Positions 39,424-52,170 of a DNA stretch of 64,000 bases are shown piece by piece (the first letter of the stretch is position 1; the number at the start of each line of letters is the position of its first letter). The position numbers and the translations under genes were made by a program. Source of the stretch: Octopus sinensis (lineage: Eukaryota); contig NC_043008.1 in the NCBI RefSeq assembly GCF_006345805.1, positions 20,646,001 through 20,710,000 on the forward strand, written 5' to 3'. The notes beneath the pieces are model-generated. The model was not told the origin of the DNA. It saw only the letters and a program-made list of their open reading frames with translations, and ran no database searches.

Positions 39424-40358
39424 GTATATGCTTGCCTGCACATGTAAGTAAATAATATATTCATATTATGTGTGTGTCTATATATATATATGCTTGCATG
39501 AACATGTAAGTAAATAATATATTCATATTATGGGCGTGTCTATATATATATATGCTTGCATGAACATGTAAGTAAATAATATATTCATATTATGGGCGTG
39601 TCTATATATATATATGCTTGCATGAACATGTAAGTAAATAATATATTCATATTATGTGTGTGTCTATATATATATATGCTTGCATGAACATGTAAGTAAA
39701 TAATATATTCATATTATGTGTGTCTATATATATATATGCTTGCATGAACATGTAAGTAAATAATATATTCATATTATGGGCGTGTCTATATATATATATG
39801 CTTGCATGAACATGTAAGTAAATAATATATTCATATTATGGGCGTGTCTATATATATATATGCTTGCATGAACATGTAAGTAATAATATATTCATATTAT
39901 GTGTGTCTATATATATATATATGCTTGCATGAACATGTAAGTAAATAATATATTCATATTATGGCGTGTCTATATATATATATATGCTTGCATGAACATG
40001 TAAGTAAATAATATATTCATATTATGGGCGTGTCTATATATAATATGCTTGCATGAACATGTAAGTAAATAATATATTCATATTATGTGTGTGTCTATAT
40101 ATATATGCTTGCATGAACATGTAAGTAAATAATATATTCATATTATGGGCGTGTCTATATATATATATATGCTTGCATGAACATGTAAGTAAATAATATA
40201 TTCATATTATGGGCGTGTCTATATATATATATGCTTGCATGAACATGTAAGTAAATAATATATTCATATTATGGGCGTGTCTATATATATATATGCTTGC
40301 ATGAACATGTAAGTAAATAATATATTCATATTATGGGCGTGTCTATATATATATATAG
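39424..40358. repeat. ~62-bp minisatellite, 15 units
   Basis: Core tgcttgcatgaacatgtaagtaaataatatattcatattatg, nearly invariant, separated by g(g/t)-gc/gt-gtgtc(TA)n variable segments. Confidence 0.95.
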
Positions 40359-40371
40359 TACGCGCAAAGCG

Positions 40372-40403
<32 letters not shown>

Positions 40404-41137
40404 AACACACACACTCACACACACACACGTGCATAAATTTTATTGTTTCAGTGGTTCCGCATGCCATAATTCAAATTATGAAGCTAATCTATGGATATAC
40501 AAAATAAGTTTTTGCCATAACTTTATATCATACACAAAAATATACATTCATTCGTCCACATATAAATTTGCTTCAATTTATTTATGCATAACTATTTATT
40601 AGGTTTCGTACAATAATATATTAATCATATTTAGACAAAATTTTTGTTAAAAAAAATTAAAAAAAGGAAAATTGACTATAAAATTCAGACTGCAACATCA
40701 TATCGATATTTTAATAAATAATTTTACTTAACCCATTAATGTATTGAAACATGGTTGAGATATGATTGTAAGAAACTAAAATGAAACATAAAATTAATAA
40801 CAAAACTGAAAAGCGTTCAAAACGTGAATATTTGAATATGTAATTAATTTCAACAGAAAATATTCAATACCGTTAACATTTGTAAGAAGATAATTCAAAT
40901 ATGAGCAGGATAACTATATGTTTAACAAGTGAAGTATATAATTCAACAGTATATTTATGAGGTGGCGCTAATATTCTTCCGACATTTATTGTATATTGCT
41001 GACAAAATATTTGCACTATTAATATTTGTTATACGATTGGGATAACACAATTTATTCAGTTTTTGAATTGCATGTAAGTTGGCTTGAGACAGTTGCAGAA
41101 ATTATTCCTGAAGCAGGTAGATTAATGGGCATGTTAT

Positions 41138-41200
<63 letters not shown>

Positions 41201-41228
41201 ATGTGTGTGTATATATGTGTTCGAGTGT

Positions 41229-41591
41229 GGAGGTGCGTGGCTTAGTGATTAGGGTGTCAGCATCATGATCGTAAGATTGTAGTTTCGATTCCTGGACCGG
41301 GCGACGCGTTGTGTTCTTGAGCAAAACACTTCATTTCACGTTGCTCCAATCCACTCAGCTGGCAAAAATGAGTAACGCTGCGACGGACTGGCGTCCCATC
41401 CAGCTGGGGAACACATACGCCAGGGAAACCGGGAAACCGGGCCCATGAGCGTGGCTAGGCTTTAAAAGGGCGCATTCATTTATGCGATGGACTGGCGTCC
41501 CGTCCAGCTCGTGGGGAACACATAGGCCACAGAAACCGGGAAACCGGGCCCATGAGCCTGGCTAGGCTTTAAAAGGGCGACGTTTATCTTT

Positions 41592-41592
<1 letters not shown>
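41229..41592 (+). mobile_element. SINE type D with tandemly duplicated ~105-bp tail
   Basis: tRNA-like head, ttgagcaaaacactt core, and tail gcgacggactggcgtcc...aaaagggcg at 41380 and again at 41484. Confidence 0.85.
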
Positions 41593-41638
<46 letters not shown>

Positions 41639-41640
<2 letters not shown>

Positions 41641-41942
41641 AGGCGCAATGGCCCAGTGGTTAGGACAGCAGACTCGCGGTCGGAGGATCGCGGTTTCGAT
41701 TCCCAGACTGGGTGTTGTGTGTGTTTATTGAGCGAAAACACCTAAAAGCTCCACGAGGCTCCGGCAGGGGGTGGTGATCCCTGCTGTACTCATTCAGCAC
41801 TGTTTCTCACTCTTTCTTCTGTTGGCCTGCTCGCTTAGCCAGCGGAGTGGCGTCGTTCGAAGGCTAAAACAATGCGAACGCATTGTGACCAGCGATGTGT
41901 AGCAACATTTCATGGTCTGGTCAGTCACGTGATCACGTGATA
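41639..41942 (+). mobile_element. SINE: type C head with alternative tail 2
   Basis: Head matches 28627; diverges after ctttcttc into gttggcctgctcgcttagcc...gtcacgtga. Confidence 0.85.
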
Positions 41943-42297
41943 TATATACACGTATACGTTGTATCACGCACACACTCACGCACACTCACAAAAATACATA
42001 CATACATGCATACATACATACATACATACATACATACATACATACATACATACATACATACATACATACATACATGCATGCATGCATACAGTCTCTCGAG
42101 TTCGAGAAATACGGATCCGCAATTTCTTTCTGTACAACCTACACAGATGGTTTGTTTATAGGGTTCAAATGCTTCTGTTGCTCATTAGTTCAATCCTTCC
42201 CTCAAATTAACATTGCCCCTAAAGATGCGCCTAGTGCCAATTGTCAGAGTGATCGCAGAGGAACATGAACGTCTCTTGCCGATGATCACAACGCACT

Positions 42298-42428
42298 GCC
42301 CTCGACCGGGAAAGGATGAAAGGTGAAGTTGACCTCAGCGGATTTTGAACTTGAATTTGTACATACAGACAGACGAAATGCCACTAAGTATTTTGCCCGT
42401 TGTACTAACGTTTCTGCCAGTTCGCTAC
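42298..42428 (-). mobile_element. SINE type B fragment
   Basis: ggatgaaaggtgaagttgacctcagcgg...cgtttctgccagttcgc. Confidence 0.7.
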
Positions 42429-43773
42429 CCTGCACGCACGCACACATATATAGTACATGTGAATGTCGGTCTTTGTGTCTGTCTATGTGTCTGTCTATCT
42501 ATCCATATATATCTGACGTCATTTGGGATATACTGCATTTTTACAGTTGTGCAGACCGGCTTCTTGTCAGAAAGGTTATTACGCAAAAAAAACAACAACA
42601 TCTAATTGCTAGTGAAAGGGTGCGAACCAAACCACAGGCACTCTTCACTTTCAACTGTACAAATCTCATAACTAAGCCTGATAATAAAAGATCACAATAA
42701 ATCGTTAAACAACCGACAAGCATAAATTGTTCCCCGGTGAGCTCCAACACTACTAGTATATATTTATGTCTAGGTGTAATTCCATAATAAGGAATAATGG
42801 ATGTGCAGTTGTTAAGTACTTCGCTATATATGAACGAAGGTTTCTTTAGAATGCTCTAGCGAACTATCGACGATTTTTCTGTTTGTTAATTAAACTAGAT
42901 CCAAGCTACATATTTCTATTTGCGCACAAGCTATAAAAGCTAAATGTATTCTTTGTTAAGATATATAATATCTACGCAACATGTTTTATATCTTTTTTTC
43001 TAGATACGTTAACATAAGATAAAATGGAGAAAAGATAAGATTGAAAGATTTTTTTTTTGCCTTTCTTTCCGTAACGAGGAGATATAATTTATACTGTAAT
43101 CATGTAATAAATTATATAATGTTATCTTCTTTGGAAAATATTTCAGTCGATCTATATCTGTTTGCTTTATGAAAAGGCGCCATTGCATGATTAGATCAAG
43201 AATGTCAAGAGGCTCTTTTGGCTGTTGTTGTTGTTGTTGGCGTTGGTGGCGGTGGTGGTGGTTGTGGTGGTGGTGGTGTGGGCGTCGTTGGTAGTTGTAG
43301 TAGTAGTAGTAGTAGTAAGTAGAGCTGATTAGTAACTATAATCAGATCTGTCGCAGCAGACCTAAGGGAAACAAGAAAGCAATCGTTTGATTGAATCAGC
43401 ATCTTTAGCTCTGAAGATGGAGGGAAAATCAGTGGAATGCCAGTGTAAATAACCGTGTGTAGTGAGATCAAACCCGGCTGCTGGAGTACTTCACGTTTCC
43501 CTTTTCATGTGTCAATAAAATAATTAAGCATCAAGTGAGTGACATAGCTTGCAGTAATAGGGCATTATATCGTACCGAATTGGGAATCTGTTTCTCGTTT
43601 TAGACCTCATAATTACATTATTTTGATGACATTAAGATGGAAAATATAAAACAGAGACTATCGAATAGCTTTTGAGGTATTTATCTTTAAATTCATACCC
43701 CTTGCGGTCGAATCGCATTGGAGATAATTTCGCTTATCATTTCTCTGTGGCCAATAAAGATACAGCATAATAA

Positions 43774-43984
43774 GGCGGCGAACTGGTAGAAACGTTAGCG
43801 CGCCGGGCGAAATGCTTATCGGTATTTCGTCTGCCGCCAAGTTCTGAGTTCAAATTCCGCCGAGGTCGACTTTGCCTTTCATCCTTTCGGGGTCGATAAA
43901 TTAAGTACCAGTTGCGTACTGGGTCGATCTAATCGACTGGTCCACTCCCCCAAAATTTCCGGCCTTGTGCCTAGAGTAGAAAAG
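43774..43984 (+). mobile_element. SINE type B, full length, 18-bp TSD with one mismatch
   Basis: aataaagata(c/t)agcataa at 43753-43770 and 43985-44002. Confidence 0.95.
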
Positions 43985-45037
43985 AATAAAGATATAGCAT
44001 AACTGAGCGGTGCTCATCAACATCAATAATATAATTATTCTTATTTCACCGAGTAGACTTATAATTTACTGTGTTTTCATTGTAAAAGGGACGACAGTTC
44101 TGTACAATTTCTTCCGTTGCTTCGATTTTCTTAAAAGTACTTTATATAAGAGGCAAAATAATGTATGTTTTTTGTATGTCCAGGAATTCATTGTGGCTAT
44201 ATATTTATTTTTATTTTTTGAAATCATCTCCAAGGCAACCTTGGATCTTGTAATTCTCAGCCTGAATTGATACTTGAGGTAGGTATTTTCGCCCCGTTCA
44301 GTGTCCTTGCCTGCTTTGGCTAAGCAGAGGCTTCTTGTGACTTCACTTTTCGCACATTCCGTAACCCAGCATTTAGTTTAGTTTTCAACCACTTTATCAC
44401 AATTTCCGCTAGTGTTTCTCGTTTTTCCTCACGTTTTTTGTCTCTCATTTCAGTGTCAATTTTATATTTGTTGGCTTCCTTAAAGAGAGAAAATAGTTGA
44501 ACTGCTGCAAATCATCTTGTAGAGAATAAAGGAAGACTAAATATAAAAAAAAGAACAAAACAAAAGGAATAATATGACACATTGCTCTAAGGCTGGAGAC
44601 GCCATGCAACCATAATTTGATACGGCAGACAGGGGACTGTGAACATGTATGAGTGAATAGATTGAAATTCTACGACGTTATCATGCCATCTTCTCTATAA
44701 AGAACTGTTCCTTTTTTCATAAAGCGTATAATACTAGATACAAAGAAACACACATTGAAGAAAATAGCATTAATATCGACACTAATATGAATTCCTTCGC
44801 TATTGGCAGATAAAAAATACATTATACATTATTCACGTGAAGGATGCCACTCATAAACTACAGTAACTCCCAGATGCCGAGTATCTATAAATCTAGAAAC
44901 CAAAAGATTTTTATTTCAATTTATTATTGTTACTCTCTAATTTAATACTTACATTACAACCTGAAAATTTTGTTTTTACTATGTGGTGCCCTATAACTAT
45001 TATATTTCTGAGTATGTGATGGGAACATTCGGTAAGA

Positions 45038-45209
45038 TTATTTACATTATTTACAATTGACGGGTATTTGTCCTCATCTTGTTTGTTGTTAACAATGCTT
45101 CGGCTGATACTATCTCCAGTCTTCATCAGGTGTCTTGGGGAAATTTCGAACCTGGGTTCTCATTCTTAAGGTTATTTCGATGTTGTTGATATTCTTCTTC
45201 TTCTTCTTA

Positions 45210-45271
<62 letters not shown>

Positions 45272-45348
45272 TTTCAGGTCACAGCCTGGAATCGAACTCG
45301 GAATCTTGGGGTTAGTAGGCCACGTTCTTAACCACTACGCCATATGCC
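45038..45348 (-). mobile_element. tRNA-headed SINE-like element with hammerhead-like 3' module
   Basis: A box TGGCGTAGTGG (45342-45332), B box GAGTTCGATTCC (45299-45288), (AAT)n(GAA)n linker, then GACAC-CTGATGA-A-GACTG...CAGCC-GAAGC. Confidence 0.75.
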
Positions 45349-45470
45349 TGATGAAGGCTGGAGGGTATATTACCCGAAACATTATGTTAACTACAAACAA
45401 GATGAGGACAAATATCCGTCAATTGTAAATAATGTAAACAATGTACATAATTCTTCATCTCTAAAATATT
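45347..45470 (+). ncRNA. Inverted copy of the hammerhead-like module and tail (degenerate ribozyme motif)
   Basis: CTGATGA at 45348-45354 and GAAAC at 45376-45380; reverse complement of 45041-45130. Confidence 0.55.
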
Positions 45471-46141
45471 TCCATGTATTATTCAGTAAGATTGCCTACA
45501 ACAGAAAGCTTTCTTAAGTGATATACTATATAAAATAGCCACAGAAACCCTGGTCTGTTGCTATGGCGATTTTATAGATAAAGCTTTTATCTGTATGCGA
45601 TCCTTATACTATTTCAGCTACTGTATAATGTAAACTTTTCCGCGCATGCGAGATTATATGAAATTACTTTCCTCCATATACACTGAAGTTGTGTCTACTC
45701 ACTATATTACATATATAGCTAAGAGAGCTGTGTCATGGATCGTGAAATGTCATGATCCAGCGATATACTTCTGTGTGAGCGAGGAAATAAAATTGTAAAA
45801 TCTTTTTTATTAAAATATCATCACCATTACGATTCCACCAGGATATATTTCTCATTGATGGCGTAATTTTATGCAAGATTTCTTTGCTGGAAAGCTATTA
45901 AGCTCTGGATTTGATTTTATAATACTACACTGTTACACTTACGTTCCGTAACACCTCATCTGAAACTATATGTTGTTCCATGAATACGCGGTTGCAGTTG
46001 TATAATTCTAGTTTCGAGTTGAAAGATATGACGTGAAGAACAAATTTGTGCATATAGCAGGAATTCGTACATGTGGCAACGCAGATATTCTTTTAAACAT
46101 GTATTATTCTAAATATGAAGCTACTTTAACGCATTTTAACG

Positions 46142-46912
46142 TGCGCAGGAGTGGCTGTGTGGTAAGTAGCTTGCTTACCAACCACATGGTTCCGGGTTCA
46201 GTCACACTGCGTGGCATCTTGGGCAAGTGTCTTCTGCTACAGCCTCGGGCCGACCAATGCTTTGTGAGTGGATTTGGTAGACGGAAACTGAAAGAAGCCC
46301 GTCGTATATATGTTCCTTCGATGAATCACTCAATTTTATATACTATTCTGTATATTAGCACTTATAATTTGGCATAAACCATACGGTATATATTCACGGC
46401 TGTCTGACGATCCGAGGGAGAGCTTGTGAAATCAGTTCAAATTCAATTAAGTGTCAGTATGTGCGAGTGTCTGTGTATGTGTGCGTGTATGTGTGTGTGT
46501 GTATGTTATATCATCATTTTATATTATACAATATATATATATGTATATAGGTGCAGGAGTGGCTATGTGGTAAGTAGCTTGCTTATGAACCACATGGTTC
46601 CGGGTTCAGTCCCACTGCGTAGCATCTTGGGCAAGTGTCTTCTGCTATAGCCTCGGGCCGACCAATGCCTTCTGAGTGGATTTGGTAGACGGAAACTGAA
46701 AGAATCCCGTCGTATATATGTATATATGTATGTGTGTGTATGTTTGTGTGTCTGTGTTTGTCCCCCTAGCATTGATTGACAACCGATGCTGGCAAAAAAA
46801 CGATAGAATAAGTACTGGGCTTAGAAAGAATAAGTCCCGGGGTCGATTTGCTCGACAAAAGGCGGTGATCCAGCATGGCCGCAGTCAAATGACTGAAACA
46901 AGTAAAAGAGAG
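46142..46912 (+). mobile_element. Two SINE type A copies (46142-46310 5' half; 46549-46912 near full length)
   Basis: gcgcaggagtggctgtgtggtaag heads and the standard core. Confidence 0.9.
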
Positions 46913-47229
46913 ATGAGCATACGATACAGAATTATATACCAAGACATTCAAATAATACTAAATTGTTTGAAAATGACAATTCAGAAATATGTTATATCCT
47001 GCAATTATAGGTCATACAAAAACCCATTGTAGAAGAAAACAGAGTACAAAACACAATGGATACGAATACCGAAGTAAAAAGATTAATATTATAGAATATT
47101 AAAGAGAATGGTTTGGTGAAATATGAAAATACATACAATGAATACAATACAAATGAACAACTTAAAAGATATTCAGCTTTTTAAATGTAATCATAAACGT
47201 ATTGCAATAACATACACATTTACACGTGC

Positions 47230-47273
47230 AAGCGTACATACATACATGTATATATGCGTATATATATATATAC

Positions 47274-47308
<35 letters not shown>

Positions 47309-47309
47309 A

Positions 47310-47341
<32 letters not shown>

Positions 47342-47437
47342 ATACATATATGCATGTAAACGTATATATATATATCTATATATATAAAGCCATATCTATA
47401 TATATTTATATATGTATATATATACATATACATATAT

Positions 47438-47488
<51 letters not shown>

Positions 47489-47507
47489 TATACATCCATA
47501 TATATAC

Positions 47508-47540
<33 letters not shown>

Positions 47541-47609
47541 TATACATATATTTATATGTGTATATATATACATATATATACATACATATATATATATACA
47601 CACACACAC

Positions 47610-47698
<89 letters not shown>

Positions 47699-47735
47699 TG
47701 CACACAGGCAGATATACACGCGCGCGCGTACATAT
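47230..47735. repeat. Long compound (TA)n/(TACA)n microsatellite
   Basis: Direct reading; source of the IY-rich ORFs. Confidence 0.95.
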
Positions 47736-48588
47736 TTAGTGATCTGGTGTATATGAACGTGCATATAAATAAATAAATTTCCTTCCGAACGAGTCGCCAA
47801 CAACGATTTAAGATAAAGTCAAATGCGAACCACTGAAGTGTGTATCATATAATTTAATTTAACAAATGGCTAATTTTTCCATTTATATAACTACAGAAAA
47901 TACGTGCACAGAATTGGAGACAGAACACGTCGAACAAATGAATATATTTGACGTCCTAACGAGAATATATGCCGGCTTAACCACATTAACACTGAAGATA
48001 ATCTGCCGGATGAATCCTAATTTTGTTTGCATAAAATACAAGTAGGCAGTGATGCCTAACTTTTTTGCATTGTTGCTTAGAATTATTATCACGTTCTTGG
48101 CCATGTGCCACGATTTGATATCAGTTATTAAAACGTATAATATCATTCATGAAAGCCGGGGCACATGAACCGTGACCTGACATACAAGATGGTTACGAGG
48201 CGTATTTTTTTTTATCTCATTGCAGAAGCGGATTCCAAACTTTTTTCGCACCATGAACCTATTTCCTCCAAGACAATTTTTCTACGGACCGAGGGATCGA
48301 ACGCATAACAAAACACAATGAACTGCATAATATATGATTTAATTAATATATTCATATATTCACTTTATCAGCTGTGTGTGTGTGTGTGTGTGTGGTGTGC
48401 GTGTGTGTGCGTGTGCAATGATGTCTTAGCTAGTCGAAACTTCGGAGTCACTCTCAATACTGTTCTTCTTAAAGAATGGTAAATTTGTACTCCGCAAAAG
48501 TATGGAGTCAACCTCCTGATGAACGTAAAAATGTTTTTATCATAACTAAACGTAAAAAGAAACAAACATTATAATGTAAAATGTGTAT

Positions 48589-49000
48589 AGGCGCGGGAAT
48601 GGCTGTGTGGTAAGTAGCTTGCTAACCAACCACATGGTTCCGGTTTCAGTCCCACTGCGTGGCATCTTGGGCAAGTGTCTTCTGCTATAGCCCCGGGCCG
48701 ACCAATGCCTTCTGAGTGGATTTGGTAGACGGAAACTGAAAGAAGCCCGTCGTATATATGTATATATATGTATATATGTATGTGTGTGTGTTTGTGTGTC
48801 AGTGTTTGTCCCCCTAGCATTGCCTGACAACCGATGTTGGTGTGTTTACGTCCCCGTTACTTAGCGGTTCGGCAAAAAGAGACCGATAGAATAAGTACTG
48901 GGCTTACAAAGAATAAGTCCCGGGGTCGAGTTCCTCGACTAAAAAGGAGGTGCTCCAGCATGGCCGCAGTCAAATGACTGAAACAAGTAAAAGAGAGTAA
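48589..49000 (+). mobile_element. SINE type A, full length
   Basis: aggcgcgggaatggctgtgtggtaag...aaacaagtaaaagagagtaaagag. Confidence 0.9.
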
Positions 49001-49144
49001 AGAGTAATATATACACGTATGTGTGTGTGTCCGTATCTGTGTGTGCGCGCGTGTCTGTGTCCGCGGGCTTGTACGTGTGTAACGGGAAAACACGCTGGTA
49101 CCTGCGATTGCAAATTAAGTAGAAATAAAATTTAAACATTTATC

Positions 49145-49216
49145 CTTTCTGTACCGCCCGGTACCAATGATCCACAGCCTGTTACTGGTCTGCAGCTCCT
49201 TGGTTGGGGATCACTG
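49145..49216 (+). mobile_element. Possible hAT (Charlie-like) MITE terminus
   Basis: Ends ggttggggatcactg, resembling hAT TIRs; a degenerate left-end-like motif lies at ~48226-48260; no TSD found. Confidence 0.3.
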
Positions 49217-50331
49217 CATTCGATCATGTATCGACGAGCTGAAATGGCACCGATGAAGGCATCAGAGATATGTTCCAGATATCCCACCATTTTACTACAA
49301 CGTCTAAATGACAGTATTAAGATGAGATAATGCAGGCAGTAAACCAATCGCCACCTTAAATTTAAAAAAAGTACAACACACAAATTTAGTAGTATTATCT
49401 ATCTGTGAATATTTCTGTCACCGTCTGACAAATGTAATCAAATAACAGAAGTTGGTAGCAAACTAGCTGAAGAATAGTCTCCAAAATAGATTAAGTAGCA
49501 ATTACTTATAAGCCTAAATATTCGGAGGAATATCTACTGAAACATCTATTTAGCAAAACTAATTGGAATTTATTTTTAAAATAAGAAAGCAGAAAAATTG
49601 TAATTTGATTTTAAACTCAATAGCTAGATGAGGTAGAAAAGAATATTAGGTCTTTCAAACGGAAAAAAATAGTTTTCATCAGAGGCGGAATATTAAAATA
49701 GTGTTTTTGTTGATTTTTCTGCAAATTTTTAGACATATAAGTATTTGCTAATCTACTTGATGGAACTTGGCCTTGTCCTCAGTTTGCTACGAAATTGTAT
49801 TATTAGATTTCGTTTGTCAGGCGATGACATACAGAAATGTGCATGAATGGCTAATTTCATTACAGTATCTTTGAATGTGGATGTGTAACACTCGCAGTTT
49901 TATAAGCATGTGAAATATTGTGCTCACTTGTCTCATGCAACAACGATTATTGTTCACGCCATGTATTTATTTGTTTACGTGTCTTTTAGGTCTTTGAGAA
50001 TTTCTGAAATAATAAAATTATATTATAATAAAACTATAAATTCTAAAGAACCTAGAAATGCTCTGCATCGGCAAATAATATATTTTATAAAATGGGCGCA
50101 AACATAGCTGTTTGATTAAGATGTTTCTTTTCACAACCACATTGGGTCGAGTTCAGTACCACCGTGGGACAATTTGGGCAAGTAATTTAGGCCTACCAAT
50201 GCCTTAAAAGGGAATGTAATATATTGGAGCCATGCATTCACAACCACACACATACACACTAAACACACGTCCACACACAAACGCACGCACACTCAACGTA
50301 TATTATGTGTATTGGGATCCTATTTTGGACT

Positions 50332-50672
50332 AGTTGATGAACAGTTTTTCTTTTACCAGTTTTTCTTTTACTGGATGACAAGCAGTTTTTTTACCAGTTT
50401 TTTTACTGGTTAATGCACAGTTTTTCTTTTACCAGTTTTTCTTTTACTGATTGACAAACAGTTTTCCTTTTACCAGTTTTTCTTTTACTGGTTGACAAAA
50501 AGTTTTTCTTTTACCAGTTTTTCTGTTACTGGTTGACAAACAGTTTTTCTGTTACCAGTTTTTCTTTTACTGTTGACAAACAGTTTTCCTTTTTACCAGT
50601 TTTTCTTTTACTGGTTGACAAAGAGTTATTTTTTTACCAGCTTTTCTTTTACTGGTTGACGAACAGTTTTAC
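50332..50672. repeat. ~41-bp T-rich minisatellite (~8 units) built from cagtttttcttttac sub-repeats
   Basis: Repeated acagtttttcttttaccagtttttcttttactggttgacaa. Confidence 0.9.
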
Positions 50673-51292
50673 TTTGTTTAAGTCTCCGGTAACTAGAAGT
50701 TCGCAAAAAGAATATCGATAGAATAAGTATAAGATTTTAAATTAATATTGGCAAAGATTTGATTCACTAAACCTATCAAGTCTGTGATTGACCATCGCAA
50801 CAATCTAATAACTGAGACAAGCAAAAGAGTAAACCAATGAAAAGCAAATGAAATTATTTAAGCTTAAAATTTATTCCACCGTTTGAAGTAAAACTACGTT
50901 AGTCTTATTTTCATAAACATTTTGCATCAACTTTAAAGTCTATTCTTACAGCCTTTCAAAATATATTGTTACAACTCTCATGCTCGAAGCATCGACAGTT
51001 CAAATGAAGCATAAAATGGAAATGTCGTAAAGTTTGCTTTTTTTTTTATCTTTTGTGTTTCTGGCATTAGACTGCAGCCATGCTGGGGCATCGCCTTGAA
51101 GAATTTTTAATCGAGTGAAACGATCACAGTACTCTTTTTTTCTTTCTTTTATGGCTGCTACTTATTATACCGGTCTCTTTTGCACTACTGCAGAGATACG
51201 GGGACGTAAACAAGGCTCTACCAATTATCAATCGCAGGTGAGGGACGAAGAAAAACAAAAAAGCTCATGCACAAATGCACACGCGCTCCACA

Positions 51293-51336
<44 letters not shown>

Positions 51337-51405
51337 AGACACTTTTTATCAATTCAAAATGAATAATTAAATTACACCATCTAGAAAATTACATATAGTA
51401 GAAAA

Positions 51406-51611
51406 GTTAAAATTAAAATAACAATAAAAAGTAAAGATTAAGTAAATTACAAAAATAATAAAATGTATATACTTTGATTCTTTGATACTTTGATAGGTTT
51501 CGGCCATTATTGGCCCAGGCCATGTCTAACTTAATAGCACCACCTGGTGCTATTATAATTTTTATTATTTTTGTAATTTACTTAATCTTTACTTTTTATT
51601 TTAATTTTAAC
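51406..51611. repeat. Inverted repeat (51406-51463 and 51559-51611) with an internal 10-bp hairpin and a hammerhead-like remnant
   Basis: Arms match apart from a 6-bp indel; taatagcacc-acct-ggtgctatta at 51532-51555; the minus strand reads CTG-GGCC-AATAAT-GGCC-GAAAC at 51518-51497. Confidence 0.85.
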
Positions 51612-51761
51612 TGTTTGATAAGAGGTGTTTTTTTTAATTTTTTATATATTTATTATATTGTGTGGAATTCGATTTAGTATTTCTAAATTGAATTTTTCCT
51701 TGTAAATTTGGATTTTATTCCCTCAAATAATAATCATATATATATACATATATATATATAC

Positions 51762-51823
<62 letters not shown>

Positions 51824-51830
<7 letters not shown>

Positions 51831-52170
51831 AAATCCATTCTGTCGGTCTGTGTGTGTATCTTCTAGGATTTCGGGCTTCCTCCATCTGATTGTGCTCAAA
51901 TTTGATATGTAGATACCGACGGTATCAGGGCGTGTATACGTTTTGAAAAAATTACAAAAAGCGTTTCCAGGTGAGAAAGTGATCGATAATGCAGTGGGAA
52001 CGTGCATTTTGTACGCGCAAGTATATCAGCTGTTGCGATCGATACTACGCGTACGCGAGAAAAATTGCACGTACAGTTTGCTAAAAAAAGCCGACTTTCT
52101 TGAAAATATGCCACAAAATGCAGTATTTTTAAGAGACCAAAAAAGTAAAATGCAAAAGAGATATTTTCTT
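51824..52170 (+). mobile_element. Possible 5' part of a non-autonomous Helitron-type element
   Basis: Begins tatataaaatccattctgtcggtctgtgtgtg out of a TA tract, like the 5' end of the element at 56709; no CTAG 3' end found. Confidence 0.35.

Noticed and set aside
39424-40358. CRISPR-like repeat-spacer appearance
   Set aside because: Spacers are two recurring microsatellite variants, not unique sequences; there are no cas genes; the context is eukaryotic.
43220-43320. (GTT)(GGT)(GTA) tract giving a poly-Pro/Thr ORF and possible G-quadruplex
   Set aside because: It is a compound trinucleotide microsatellite with only GG runs; no evidence of function.
45275-45348. Possible tRNA gene, and likewise the other SINE heads
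   Set aside because: A and B boxes are present but I could not fold an acceptor stem or cloverleaf; treated as SINE heads.
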